From the NCBI RefSeq assembly GCF_001194135.2, contig NC_068984.1, positions 132,251,248-132,315,247 on the forward strand: DNA of 64,000 bases, given 5' to 3'. The first letter of the stretch is position 1. The number at the start of each line of letters is the position of its first letter. Both the position numbers and the translations under genes were made by a program. This document shows, piece after piece, positions 13,420-25,678 of this stretch. The DNA comes from Octopus bimaculoides (lineage: Eukaryota). The notes under the pieces were generated by a model, which did no database searches, was not told where the DNA came from, and worked only from the letters and a program-made list of their open reading frames with translations.

Positions 13420-16400
13420 NNNNNNNNNNNNNNNNNNNNNNNNNNNNNNNNNNNNNNNNNNATATATATAAAATCATCATCATCATCATCATCGTTTAAC
13501 GTCTGCTTTCCATGCTAGCATGGATTGGATGATTTGACTGAGGACTGGTGAAACCAGATGGCTACACCAGGCTCCAATCTGATTTGGCAGAGTTTCTACA
13601 GCTGGATGCCCTTCCTAATGCCAACCACTCCAGGTGCTTTCTCTGTGGCACTGGCATGGGTGCTTTTTATGTGGTACCAGCACAAGTAGTTTTTATGTAG
13701 CTTCAGCACAGGTGTTCTTTACGTGGTACTGGTACGTTATATAAATTTGCTCAGGCTGCTTGATTTATTCTAGTACTGACTGATATATAGACAGTCTTAA
13801 TCAGAGAATATTTGTGGATCTGGTTGCACCAAAACATAATCATATTCAATTCAGTCAGAACTGTGATCCTTTGATTGTTAGTCTCATGGGATTTTAACAA
13901 CAAAATTGGTTTTATACTATGGTTAGAAATATGGTCCTCTATTGCAGTGCTACTCAAAGGGGTGGTCAGCAGACTGGTGCTGGTCTGCAAGCTATCAGCT
14001 GCCGGTACACTGTGAGTTTCCAGAAAAGAAAGAAACAATAGCATAATTTCAGTAATTTCGCCTTATGCACAGCAGTAAACAACTTATCAGCTTATGTAAT
14101 ATTGTATTAGATATTTACAAAATAAATAGAAGATAAAAAAAAATTGTCAATTTTTATTATATTCATTATATATATAGTTTCCGGTATAAATTAATATTAC
14201 TAAGAAATATTACTGGTCCCTGGCACATTGGAAAAGAAAACTATCTGGATGCCACAGCAGATAGTTTGAGAAACACTGCTCTATTTAATGTAAACTGTAT
14301 CTTTGATTGGTAAATATATGTTATATAACATCTCATGTAATTTGTGTCATTAGTCAGTTGTATTTTATATACATTTTCAAGACGTGTGATGGTGTTCTGA
14401 GATAAGTCAGGCCTCCAAAAAAAAAAAAAAAGATTGTTGAGGTGAAATTTAAGGAGAATAATTTACTTACATTGTTATATTCCAAAAACTGAAGCAGAGA
14501 ACTCATCAACTTATATTTCCCTTTCACATACCAAGGTAATGTAATCAACCTCTGAAGCAGTTTTTGTGGTAAGGCATTACCATCCTGACTGCCAAGACTG
14601 CGCTCTACATGCCAAATCTGACACATGATGTGGAATATATTGGAAACAGTCTCTGACACACCTTCAACTGGGCTGTCCCAATGCAACCATATTAACTCCA
14701 GAGATTGGCTTTCAAGTTTCTCTCGATTTTCTTGGGAGAAACCAGAAGAGTTCTTAATATAGAGTTCAGGAAGAAGTCTCAAATACCTAAGAGAGAAGAA
14801 AAAAAAAAGGAAGAAAATTCTATATTAAAATTGAAAACCCTCAAATTAAAGAAAAGAAAAAGGAAAGTGAAATTTGAATAAATAAAAAATTATACAGAAG
14901 AAGGGAACCTTACAATGCTTCAAGTGAACTACAATGCTCTTAAAATAAATCTCATCTATCTCATCTAGGTCATCCCATAGGATGCCCCAAGACTATTTCC
15001 AAACGTTTTCCCCATTCATCTCGATCTTCCATAATGGTCCTCAGCTCCTGTACCCCTTCCATATCAGTATCCTCCAGCAAGATGTCGATATAGACACACA
15101 CACACACGACAGGCTTTGACATTAGTTTCCATTTACCAAATTCACTCACAAAGCATTGGTAAGTCTGGGACTATAGTAGAAGACACTTGCCCAAGGTACC
15201 ACCAGTGGGACTGAACCCAAAACCACGTAGTCACAAAGCAAGCTTCTTTACCACATGGCTACGCCTGTTTATACATGAATAAAGTTGATTGAAAAATACT
15301 GTAGGAAAACAGATTCAACCAAAGATGGAATACAGAATAAAGAGAAAGACTGAGTAATAAACACAGAATGGGAAGACATATTCCTACTTGCAGATGGGGA
15401 TTGGAGGTGCAGGGTTTAGTGGCGAGGGTGTTGAACTCGTGATTGTGGATTGTGGTTTTGATTTCTGGACTGTGCGATGAATGGTGTTCTTGAGCAAAAC
15501 GCTTCCTTTCAGTTTGTTCCAGTTCACTTGGCTGATAAAAATGAGTAATTCTGCAAGAGACTGGCATCCTATCCAGGGAGAAATATATATGCCAGAGAAA
15601 CTGGGAAACCTGCCCTATGCTCATTAAGGAATAATGTGGACAAACCATTCATTGATAGGAAATTAATCTGTGTTAAACGTAAGGGGACTTGTGAGATGAA
15701 ATACCATGTTATTTGCAATATTAAATATATAATAAAATGAAATGTTGTGTTACCTGCTGTACCAGATGTGTAGTAAGTTGAAACTGTGGTAGTCTAGTGA
15801 GATGGTTTTGCACATTTTATAAATTGTAAAGAACAATCTCATAATTAGAGGAACATTCATGTTGGTTCCCTCAATGTGTTCCTCTAGCAAAAGAAAAGGA
15901 TTCTCAGTAGAAGAAATGAAACCACGGACGAGAGAGAGACATCCAAATTTGTCGCTACGAATTGCACCAATGTGAGGAGACTTCTTCTCAAAGTCTACAC
16001 TGTTTCTCAAGATTTGCTCCCAGTTTAACAATTTTTTGTGCTGATCTAAGATAACAAACAAATGGAAATATTTTTAAAATTCAGAACAAATATATAACAC
16101 AAAAGTTAATTCTAGAAAATTTTAATAATTTCAAACAAGATTTTCTATGCTTAATTTTTGTTCAAAGGTTATTGTTATTATTATCAATATCCCACAAATG
16201 GCAAAGAGCTGGCAGAATCATTAGGCGGTTGGCATATCTTCTGACTCTTTATGTTCTGAGTTCAAATTTCACAAAGTTTGTCTTTGCCTTTCATCCTTTC
16301 AAGGTCAATAAAATAAGTCCCAGTAGAACACTGGGGTTGATGTAATCAACTTAATTCTCCACTAAAACTACCAGCCTTATGCCAAAATTTGAAACAATTA

Positions 16401-19400
16401 CCATCACCTTTGTATGGGGGAATGGATCAACAGAATCATTAAAACGATTATAAGTTTTGGTGATGGACAAAGTGATGGAAATACACTGTTATCTATATTA
16501 GTAAAGTGATGATAAAAATTGTGATTGCAGTAATAGTGACAATTATAAGGATAATGTTGTTAAAGGATGAGACAGAAATGACCACTTACTTAAGATGGTC
16601 AAACTACTCCAGAAGAGACTGCAGATAGTAACAGGATTACAAGGCAGAGAATTTAGCATCATGGAATAGGCAGTACCTGCAAGCAGGACGGTTTCGGAAC
16701 TACAGTGCTGAAAAGAAAAGTTGTGATAGATTAGGCAACAGGTCCATGGTAGTCTCACTACTGACCAGAAAAGAAGTAAAAACAGGGTCACATTTTTATC
16801 CCACTTCTCAACAGTTAATTGGAAAAAAAATAACAGAATCCTTTTAAACAGGTGCCAGGATGGAGTAGCATAGTCCTTTTAGTTTCACTGTCAAATAGAT
16901 GATGGTGATGACGATATTAATTAAAAAAAAATGTTTCTACCAATAAACATACATACACACAGATACAAACATGAATTTATTTTTCCCTCATTTATATATC
17001 ATCATCATTGTTTAACGTCTGCCTTCCATGCTAGCATGGGTTGGACGATTTGACTGAGGACTGGTGAACCAGATGGCTACACCAGGCTCCAATCTGATCT
17101 GGCAGAGTTTCTACAGCTGGATGCCCTTCCTAACGCCAACCACTCCGAGAGTGTAGTGGGTGCTTTTACGTGCCACCGGCACGAAAGCCAGTCAGGCGGT
17201 ACTGACATATCTTTCTGTTGTGTCTGGGGTGAGTCATTCTCTTTTAGTGCCTTATAATTTAACACACTCACTGGTAAAATTTTCCACTCGTTTACTTATT
17301 TATTTTTCTACAATTTTCATTGTGTCTCGCAACCTTTTCAATAGTTTATTGAAAAGGTTGCAAGACGCAACAAAAATTTTAGAAAAATAAAGAAGGAAAT
17401 AAGTGGAAATTTTACCTGTGAGTGTATTAAATTATAAGGCACCAAAAGAGAACGACTCTCTCCAGACACAACAGTATATGCTTCAACACATAAAGAATCT
17501 TGCAAACCAAATCCAAAAACGAAATATATATCTTTCTGTTTCTCTCTATATAAACACACACACACACACATACAGCTTATACATTTGCAGTTCATATTGT
17601 ACTGATGATAACGATGATCACACACACACACACACACACACTGCTTATACTTAAGCATATGCACACACATATTCATATATACTTGTGGTCCACAACATAC
17701 AATAGATGGAAATGTTGGGTTAAAATAAAGTTTACCGATTCTGCAAGTACTACCAGTAGGCTTTGTACCAATGAAGTGAGTGGTGAGGATGTGTCATTGA
17801 CTTGAAGACTGAGATGTAATTTGGTTTGCTGAGGAAAATGTTGAAACAGCACCAGTGTGGTCTGAAAGTATACAGGCATAAATGACAAGGAATGTGTTTA
17901 ATAAGCAACAATGTCATCATGTGGGAGAAGGCAAGATATCATTGTGAAAGGAAAATAAATTGAGACAGCATCTAGACAATCAAAGTAATTTAATCAATAT
18001 ATATATATAGCAATAGATGCTAGTTTATAATTATCACATGATATCAGGACAAGGGTACACAAACATATACACGTATATACACAAGATTTTTTTTTCAGTT
18101 TCTGTCGCACAAATACACTCATAAGGTTTTGGTCAGTCTGGGGCTATAGTAGAAGACACTTGCCCAAGGTGTCATGCAGTAGGACTGAACCTGAGACGAC
18201 ATGGTTGGGAAGCAAGCTTCTTAGCCACCCAGCCATGGCTGTGCCTAGTATGGTATTTCTTAGTTCTATATATATAGGCTGTTGCTATATGGTGAAATTT
18301 TTAATCTAGGTTATTTTACAGTATATGAAGCGGTACTTCATTGTTCTTAGAATGATGAGATGGTGTATAGAGTAATTTGGCAGAGCAAATATTTTAAGAG
18401 TTAGATATTCTTTTTATCAACTGTCAAAAAGGTGTAAAACCAGTTCTCTGATTGGCAGATTGAAAGGTAAGAAGATTATTGTACCAATCATAAAACAATG
18501 GCTGTAACCTGATTTAAAACATATCCCTATGTATCCAATACTCCAACAACTTAACATCATATCTACTGTGATTTTATGCATGATATTCTAATTTCAGGTT
18601 ACTTTTTTCCCTAAACACCTTCCCAGATGATATTGTTTCCAATATCAAAGTAGAATCACTAAATAAAATTAAGAATAAGAATCAAATACATAACAAAATG
18701 CTTGCAGAGGAAATGAACTCAAGGCTTTTAAACTAGCAGACTAACACTATATCCAGTCAGCCATTTTATGAGAGACTGAATATTGGCACTCCATTGGTTT
18801 GTGACAATGAGTGTTCCAGTTGATAAGATCAATGGAACAACCTGCTCATGAAATTAACATGCAAGTAGCTGAGTATTCCACAGACACGAGTGCTCTTAAC
18901 ATAGTTCTCAGAGATTCAGCAGGATACAGAATGTGACAAGGCTGGCCCTTTGAATTACAGGTACCACTCATTTTAGCCAGCTGAGTGGACTGGAGCAACG
19001 ATAAATAAAGTGTCTTGCTCAAGGACACAACAGGCTGTCAGAAATCAAATTTACAGATTTATGATCATGAGCTAAACACTTTAACCACTAAGCCATGCAC
19101 CTTCACTAAAACTGAATAAAAGTGATAAAAGGAACAATGAAAATATAAGGTTTACCTTGACAGTTGAATAGAGAAGGTCAGAGGTAGTGTTTACATTGAG
19201 GGCCAAACTTATGTGTTTGTGTAGTATATTACAGACCTGTGGGTAGGAATCAACAATCAATGGCTGCACTTCTGCACACTGCTCGATTAAATGACCGACT
19301 GAAAATAGAAATATGTTTCAAAATTAACAAAGATGAACGAGACCTGGAGCAGCAAGAACACTGCAACAAACAATAAACTATGACTGATACAACAAACCTT

Positions 19401-22400
19401 TTATAAGAGTAATTGTATTGTATGGATGTGAAACGTGCATATAGTGATTTCAAAATTTGGCACAAGGCCTGCAACATTGGGGGAGGTGGCCAGTTGATTA
19501 CATCAACACCCCACCCAATGCTCAACTGGTACTTATTTCATCGATTCCAAAAGGATGAAAGGCAAAATCAACCTTGGGGGATTTAGAACTCAAAACAAAG
19601 ACAGATGAAATGCTGCCAAGCATTTTGCTCAGTGTGGTAATGATTCTGCCAGCTCATCGCCTACATGCATATATTAAAAAGAAAACAAAAACACATCGAG
19701 AGCAAATTGTCATCACCTGAAATGACGGGACAAACAAGGACAGACAGACAAACAGTTGAGGTTGATTATATCGACCCCAGTGCGTAACTGGTACTTATTT
19801 AATCAACCCCAAAAGGATGAAAGGCAAAGTCGACCTCGGTTGAATTTGAACTCAGAACGTAAAGATAGACGAAATACCGCTAAGCAGTTCGCTCGGTGTG
19901 CTAGCGTTTCTTATTTCTTTATTGCCCACAAGGGACTAAACATAGAGGGAACAAACAAGGACAGACAAACGGATTAAGTCGATTATATTGACCCCAGTGC
20001 ATAACTGGTACTTATTTAATCAACCCCAAAAGGATGAAAGGCAAAGTTGACCTTGGTGGAATTTGAACTCAGAACATAGCGACAGACGAAATACCGCTAA
20101 GCATTTCGCCCGGTGTGCTAACGTTTCTGGCAGCTCACCGCTGGTTACTTAGTTTCCATGGCAAATAACTGAACAAGGTCACAACATTGTCCTTGAATGA
20201 GACACCAGTCCATTGCAGGGTACAAGGCCAGTAATTTGGTGGGGAGAGAGCATTGACCCCAATACTTGATTGGTATTTTATTAATCGACTAGTCTCCTCC
20301 CCACAATAAATATGGCAAAGTAGACAGTAGATGACGATGAACTAAATGTTCTACAATCTCCTGTTTTAAATAGAGGATGCATGGGATAATGTAGTTATCC
20401 AAAAAGTGAGGATGGTCATGACCGAAATGTTTTTGACGATATGTCAGCTTGATTAGAGCTGATGTGAGCTTAAACAAATAACAATACAAATAGATGAGAT
20501 TTAAGCAATGCACTTGACAAACACAGGCAGCTAACCAATGCAGGATAACATACAAATAAACAATCTCGACAACAGCTGAGTAACACAGACAAAAGATGGC
20601 TAAACAACGTAGACAACAGACCAAATGAGGAAACCTTTACAGAGTATCTCAATTTGTTAAAAATAGCAGTTAAATCTCCTTTAAATTACATCCTACATCA
20701 TCATTTTGCAGCCACTTTCCATGATGGCTGTCGAAATCAATTTTCATTTGCTAATCACTTCACAAAGCACAAGACAACCTGACCAATTAAGTCAACATGT
20801 GAGATAACACAACCAAAAGGTTGATTACAGAAGAATAGAAACATGAAAAGTTTTCAGATGAGAAAAAAAGTAAAATGTCAGTTAATTAATGCTGAGAAGT
20901 AAGTTAATTAATTAAACACACAAGTCACTTAAGTGATCAATACTGATAAGATGATTATAAGTCAGTCAGTTGAACAGACAAATAGAAATCAGTGAAATTA
21001 CTGAAACAGTTAAGAACACAGATGAGTTAAAATGAGAGAAATTCAGAATAATTGAATACCTAAGAAAACATATCAGCAATCTAATAATCCTGTCTACTAA
21101 AGAGGCACAAGGCCTGAACATATTAGGGAGGGGACTAGTCGATTACATCGACTCCAGTATTTCACTGGTACTTAATTTATCAACCCCAAAAGGATGAAAG
21201 GCAAAGTCAACCTTGGTGGAATTTGAACTCAGAATGTAAGGACAGATGAAATGTCACTAAGCATTTCACCCGGCGTGCTAACAATTCTGCCAGCTTTCGG
21301 CAATCTAATAATGATAGAAAAGGCCAGAGATCTATCAACAGACTAAAATGTCACGTCAGAGGTTAGTTGACAGATCAATATTGATAATGCTATAGGGCAG
21401 TAAGCTGGCAGAATCGTTAGCACACCGGGCGAAATGCTTAGAGCTATTTCATCTACCATTACATTCTGAGTTCAAATCCCACCGAGGTCGACTTTGCCTT
21501 TTATCCTTTCAGGGTCAATTAAATAAGTACCAGTTATGCACTGGGGTCGATGTAATCAACTTAATCCCTTTGTATGTCCTTGTTTGTCCCTTCTATGTTT
21601 AGCCCCTTGTAGGCAATAAAGAAATAAATATTGATAATGTTCAATGACTGATCAATCCAATACTGGATTGTAATAACATAACAATCCATCACAAGGTTCA
21701 ATCTTTGTTGCAGTGTAATGGCTTGTGTGTTGTCAATGATCCTGAAAGCTATGCCAACAGAACACCAATTCCTGGTAGAGTTTCCCATGTTGGACAAGTT
21801 GAAAGATAGGGGAAAGAATAATATGAACCACTTCATCACCAGGCTGAAAATGGGTTTGCAAAAGGGCCAACACCCCTACTTAGAAACAAGAAACAAAGTT
21901 ACAGAAACATCGATGACAGTTCAAAACCAACAAGACCCGAGAGAAGAAGGGATACACATGTCAAGCCCTGACCTGGAACCACCAGAAGGGAGGTGGAGGA
22001 GAGGGTAATGGGTAAAAATCCCCTTTGGTCACGAATGACCATGGGATTGCACCTAGAAAGTTACACTCCAAGGCACAAGCCCAGGCAAAGTTGTTTGTGG
22101 AAGACCAGCAGTTGCCCATGCATACTAGCCTCCACTCTCCATGCCATTGATGTTATCCAAGAGAAAGGCAAAGGCCGATACAGCTTGGCACCAGTGACAT
22201 CGCAACTCATTTCTACAGCTGAGTGAACTGGAGCAATGTGAAATAAAGTGTCTTGCTCAAGAACACAATACACAACTCGGTCCAGGAATCAAACTCACTA
22301 CTTCATTATTGTGAGCCAGATGCTCTAACCACTGAGCCATGTGTTTTTACGTGGAGGAGAGGACATCCTAAAAATAGCTGGAGGTAGGATAGCAGCTGGA

Positions 22401-23089
22401 AAGAAGAAGAAATGACAGTCAAGAGTCAAGATCAGTGAAAAATGTTGTTGATGGCTTATGCTCCATAGGGAGGGCAGGGCTTAAGAATAATGTATTAACA
22501 ATATAACAATGAACAGGCTTTGTTATTTACGACACATATTAAATAACTGCAAACATTACATATGGCAGGAGCTCCAGATAGGCTTAAGGGCTTAATTATG
22601 GTGACAAAATAAGATTCTATTTTCAATGTGATCAATCTATAAATTCCTTCTTTTTAACAAGATAAAAAACCAAGATAGTAAAGTAAAATATTACTATCAC
22701 ACATTTTTTTTTTATCCTTACAACACAAACTTATTCTATTTCAAGACGAGGTGAGAGCTTCTATGTGGCCACCTCACTTGCTAAAGAAAGCAACAAAATT
22801 TCCCTCAAATCAAATTTAGCATTTTAAAAGGGAAAATGAGCAAGGCATATTGGGGTAATGTATCACCATCATTATTATTTAATATCTCCTTTTCCATGTT
22901 TTCATGGTCCAGATGGAATTTGTTGTGGCAGGTTTTCAACAGCCAGATGCCCTTCCTGCCACCAACGCCCACCCATTTCCAAGGAAGGGAATATTTGCCC
23001 ATGGCTAGAAATGTTTGTTATGGAAAACTGATAAGAAAGGTATGATGCTGGTGCTTATTTACAACGATCACATGATGTCAAGACAAGGG

Positions 23090-23135
<46 letters not shown>

Positions 23136-25678
23136 CGTATGCAATGGGTGTCTTTCAGTTTCCGTCTACCAACTCTGGGGTATTAGCAGAAGACAACTGC
23201 CCAAGCTGTCATGCAGTGGGACTGAACCAGAGACCACGTGGTTGAGAAGTGTTGTGTATTGAACTCCTAATGAATATATAACAAATGCTGTACATTTGTT
23301 TAAATAATTAAAAAAACCACCAGTGACATGGCATGCATGAATTTTATGTGAACTTGTCCATTTGTTTTCTATATATTGCAATTAAAATAAACAGGGACAC
23401 AAAAATTGATTCCATTGCTACAGGATTACAGTTGCTGTTGTTACCCCTTCTCATACATTCCGTTGTTGGTTGTGCTTCCACTACAGCAAGATAGAAATTT
23501 GCAGTTTACGGCTATTTGATCCTTGTTCCTATACCTATGCTAAGTAAATTACAAGAAGCAAGCTTCTTAACCATGCAGTTCACATGCCTGTGCCCCATAA
23601 TAATTCATGTGCAAAATACCATTCAGTGAGGTCAATCCAGTCTAAGTACATAAAGCATAAACATGACAAGTATTGCTTCAGATGAAAAATGGAGATTATA
23701 TTATTCGAAACATAGTGATTTACCAAAACATAACAAGGTAGATAAGGTTTACAATGTGAAACATTTCCCAATAGGAAATAAATATTGTGGAGAGAGATAA
23801 GAATGAGCTGGACTGCTTACATTTACTCATTGTGGCAGAAGTCATATGCGAGTCAGAGGACAAATGACTGAGAAACACAAAGCTTATCTCTTCCATCAAC
23901 AGGGCATGTGGTATTGGTTCCAAGAGCTGAAAGACAAACAAACATTTATTGAATTTCAGTAGTGATTTATAGAAAATTAAGAAAATCTTTAGAAAAATAA
24001 ACAAACGAAAGATTGGTCGACTTAAGACATGTCTTTAAAAAAAAAAACACAACAGCCATGATGTTAAGTTGTGGGGCTACTGACCACATGCTTGTGAATT
24101 CAAACCTTATAACATGGTATGTATGGAGGGTGACTAAGTGACTAATTCCACTACTGCTTCATGCTTGAGTGAACAGTGAACCATGAACATCCAGCTGTAA
24201 AAATAATTGTTCTAACAATATGCCACTCTCTCGATTTATATACATGAAAGCCATCCTGAAATTTAAAACAGTAAAAATATTGAAAATATAAGGATTGGAT
24301 ATTGTTTAAATATCCAATTAAAAATATATTTCACATTTATTTAAAAGAATTTTTTTGATATTTTTGCAAAAGCGAATACAGTGTTTATTGGATACCTGTC
24401 CTTCCTATTACTAATCATTTACTTGTGTCATAAACACACTAAGGTAAATAGAAAAAACATGTTCCATGCTTCAGTACACAGTTTAATGTAGTATGGCATG
24501 TTCTGTGTCTTATTTGTTAGTTTATAGTTAGCTTTCCTTGAATTTTATTAATCAGTTTAAAGCCAGGTTCAAGGCTTTCCATGTGAGCTTATTTTAGTTG
24601 AGACTAAAACTTGCTAAATTTGACCCTGGCACATACAAAGTTTGTTTGAAGAAAGTCTTGTTCTAAATATTAACAAATCTAATTACCTCTATAAAGATAA
24701 TTAAACTGTAATTTCTAAATCAAATCCCCACATAATGCAGATTATATAACCAAATACATTTTCTTTATAAAAAGTTATGCATAATCTGTTTCACATTATT
24801 CAACAATGAGTTAGATAAGTGTACAAGTTTCAATACATGAGAGCAGGATTGCTTTAAAGTATTTTACAGCCAGTGACTCTACTAAACAATTGCTTACATG
24901 GTTCTTAAAGATTGTCATATGTATTTTAACCCTTTAGCATTCAGATTACTCAAATCTAATGCTTTGATTCTAATGCAGATCAAATCTAATGCTTATTTGT
25001 TCACATTGTTTTAAATCAATCATGCACTATCTAATAGCTTCAAGATTTCAAAGATGCAGTTGTTTATTTTTAGAATGACATTATAAGGTAGATGGCAGAG
25101 GCCAGATCTGTCCAGTTTGAACATAAAACAGATAGAATATTTGGACTGGATATGGCTGGTTTGAATACTAAAGGGTTAAATAAATAAGGAAAACAGGAGC
25201 ATTTCAGATCAATGATCAAGTATTGTTAATCATTCAGTCGTTTACGCGTTGGTACAAAATTGTGGTTTACCTTTTTGAAACATCTGGCAAGACTGGAGGT
25301 TTCAATGCAAGCAATGTAACAAGCCAGTACTGCAGTTGTATAGTCTTGAATAAAATGACATTCTTCTGATTCCTGTATCAGAGATAAGAGTTTCTCAGAA
25401 GATGCCTCAATCTCCTTTACCAACTTATGCCGGTCGATGGGTCTGAAGAGAATTGAAACAAACAAAATATCGTTATTATAGTGAGATAATAATTTCCATT
25501 ACTTATAAACATAAAGAAACAAAACATCAGACTTTGTATATATGCATATGCACTCATATCAGACTTACTTAGCATGGAGAACATCCCAGACTGAGTTGGC
25601 ATAATCTTTGATAAGCTTTTGTAACACTGGGTTCCCAGCAACTTTGGTCCTGGCACTCTCTAAATGGTGCTGGTCCAT
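383..25678 (-). CDS. THADA: THADA-family (Trm732 / tRNA 32-2'-O-methyltransferase regulator) gene, coding exons 1-17, 3' part outside window
   Basis: 17 GT-AG exons splice in one frame (2710 nt = 903 codons + 1 nt). Ordered motifs match human THADA as recalled: LHWDSPVEGV~THWEHPLDAL, LPWYVKGKY~LEWHIKGKY, RLDALTLLCSS~RIDTLGLLCES, LPVNLNIDSAPFRQNLVSALKKL~YNLNSQSPGVRQQICSLLKKL, LVPGSNFQRRKMCLEIL~LFPGSSYSTRFSALTIL, ALCLCNSPRHPDC~ALELSTSTKPYDC. Orthologue versus paralogue is not resolved. Confidence 0.88.
1440..1832 (+). mobile_element. RTE-LINE 3' end / RTE-tailed SINE (family A) with ~65-bp modules and (GAT)n tail
   Basis: Near-identical tail also at 1-121, 3186-3575, 9553-9775, 13474-13735, 16999-17203, 39590-39750 and at the 3' end of the RT-bearing copy at 31158. 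Confidence 0.8.
2270..2448 (-). CDS. THADA: THADA coding exon 16 (VRELAADVL...KLVFC-K)
   Basis: ttttttag|GTA AGA ... AA|gtgagt, 179 nt. Confidence 0.9.
3186..3575 (-). mobile_element. Family A RTE-tail repeat
   Basis: Reverse complement of 1440-1832, with three ~65-bp modules. Confidence 0.8.
3613..3725 (-). CDS. THADA: THADA coding exon 15 (SLKKLITF...ILDGADE)
   Basis: ttttcag|AT TCT ... GAG|gtaagc, 113 nt. Confidence 0.9.
4405..4607. repeat. 65-bp tandem repeat x3.1
   Basis: Units start at 4405, 4470, 4535, 4600; only 1 substitution. Confidence 0.95.
5562..5723 (-). CDS. THADA: THADA coding exon 14 (HSIEFVDW...LVPGSNFQRR...KSFV)
   Basis: ttgctcag|AT CAT ... GTA G|gtatga, 162 nt. Confidence 0.92.
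5869..6039 (-). CDS. THADA: THADA coding exon 13 (MLHSLESK...LPVNLNIDSAPFRQ...LSSI)
   Basis: cttgtag|AA ATG ... ATT G|gtaaac, 171 nt. Confidence 0.92.
8003..8096 (-). CDS. THADA: THADA coding exon 12 (NETLLREAL...RLDALTLLCSSAKKA)
   Basis: tttaacag|AAT ... GCT G|gtactg, 94 nt. Confidence 0.9.
8139..8700. repeat. (TA)n microsatellite, N-gap 8179-8674 and (AAT)n
   Basis: Seen directly; many other (TA)n, (CA)n, (GA)n, (GAT)n and (AAT)n tracts occur throughout. Confidence 0.95.
9553..9775 (-). mobile_element. Family A RTE-tail repeat (5'-truncated)
   Basis: (CAT)n + gtttaacgtccgctttccatgctagcatg...gtgtagtgggtgcc. Confidence 0.8.
10975..11209 (-). CDS. THADA: THADA coding exon 11 (LVKRNICHYWLPSTLK...GSIEW)
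   Basis: ccattag|G CTG ... TGG|gtattt, 235 nt. Confidence 0.87.
11357..11431 (-). CDS. THADA: THADA coding exon 10 (CKDTVSIWDQDWRNTLLDGLANED-E)
   Basis: tttaccag|A TGC ... GA|gtaagt, 75 nt. Confidence 0.87.
13126..13238 (-). CDS. THADA: THADA coding exon 9 (AFSNLEEVKSQLVMCM...TKLA-L)
   Basis: atttcag|GCA ... CT|gtgagt, 113 nt. Confidence 0.88.
13474..13735 (-). mobile_element. Family A RTE-tail repeat with ~26-bp sub-repeats
   Basis: Same tail, followed by ggtgctttttatgtggtaccagcac-type units. Confidence 0.75.
13945..14278. mobile_element. hAT (Charlie-like) MITE
   Basis: TIRs cagtgctactcaaa / tttgagaaacactg; 8-bp TSD ctctattg / ctctattt. Confidence 0.85.
14471..14786 (-). CDS. THADA: THADA coding exon 8 (YLRLLPE...WLHWDSPVEGV...PWYVKGKY...YNN)
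   Basis: ctctcttag|G TAT ... AAT|gtaagt, 316 nt; conserved THADA motifs. Confidence 0.92.
14950..15092 (-). mobile_element. Decayed LINE 3' end
   Basis: IDILLEDTDMEGVQELRTIMEDRDEW, typical of an RTE-like C-terminus. Confidence 0.5.
15754..16045 (-). CDS. THADA: THADA coding exon 7 (QHKKLLNW...LHIWYS-R)
   Basis: atcttag|AT CAG ... AG|gtaaca, 292 nt. Confidence 0.88.
16590..16707 (-). CDS. THADA: THADA coding exon 6 (HCSSETVLLAG...SLTIL)
   Basis: tcttttcag|CAC ... TTA A|gtaagt, 118 nt. Confidence 0.87.
16999..17203 (-). mobile_element. Family A RTE-tail repeat (5'-truncated)
   Basis: Same tail sequence. Confidence 0.8.
17215..17474. mobile_element. Fully palindromic MITE-like element (129/128-bp arms, 3-nt loop)
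   Basis: Arms differ by about 15 substitutions + 1 indel (by eye); TA at right flank. Confidence 0.8.
17736..17861 (-). CDS. THADA: THADA coding exon 5 (TTLVLFQHF...VVLAES)
   Basis: actttcag|ACC ... TCG|gtaaac, 126 nt. Confidence 0.87.
19156..19298 (-). CDS. THADA: THADA coding exon 4 (GHLIEQC...LLYSTVK)
   Basis: attttcag|TC GGT ... AAG|gtaaac, 143 nt. Confidence 0.87.
19440..20142 (-). mobile_element. Three tandem SINE family C copies
   Basis: Repeated caaccccaaaaggatgaaaggcaaagt.gacct.ggt.gaatttgaactcagaac. Confidence 0.8.
21112..21629. mobile_element. Inverted pair of SINE family C (minus 21112-21298, plus 21405-21629)
   Basis: The two copies are reverse complements about 105 bp apart. 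Confidence 0.8.
21718..21990 (+). mobile_element. Interspersed repeat, probably an RTE 5' region; second copy at 26320-26570
   Basis: Both copies share gctatgc.a...ggaca.gtt.aa.ga.ag.gg...gggccaacacccc...gttacagaa.catc.atgaca. Confidence 0.5.
23827..23926 (-). CDS. THADA: THADA coding exon 3 (LLEPIPHALLMEEISFVF...SATM)
   Basis: tctttcag|CTC ... ATG A|gtaaat, 100 nt; phases fit both neighbours. Confidence 0.85.
24930..25175. mobile_element. piggyBac-type MITE
   Basis: TTAA|ccctttagcattca ... tgaatactaaaggg|TTAA; related copies at ~12666-12885, ~32608, ~35085-35295, ~58275-58458. Confidence 0.8.
25271..25442 (-). CDS. THADA: THADA coding exon 2 (PIDRHKLVKEI...LARCFKK)
   Basis: ctcttcag|A CCC ... 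AAG|gtaaac, 172 nt. Confidence 0.88.
25569..25678 (-). CDS. THADA: THADA coding exon 1 (MDQHHLESARTKVAGNPVLQKLIKDYANSVWDVLHA-K)
   Basis: Acceptor ttttttcag|GA ATG (exon starts 25680); donor AA|gtaagt; phase 2 fits the next exon. Confidence 0.85.

Noticed and set aside
20289-20480. Protein-like minus frame (LTSALIKLTYRQKHF...) as an extra THADA exon
   Set aside because: No good donor, and exons 23827-23926 and 19156-19298 already join in phase with THADA-like sequence
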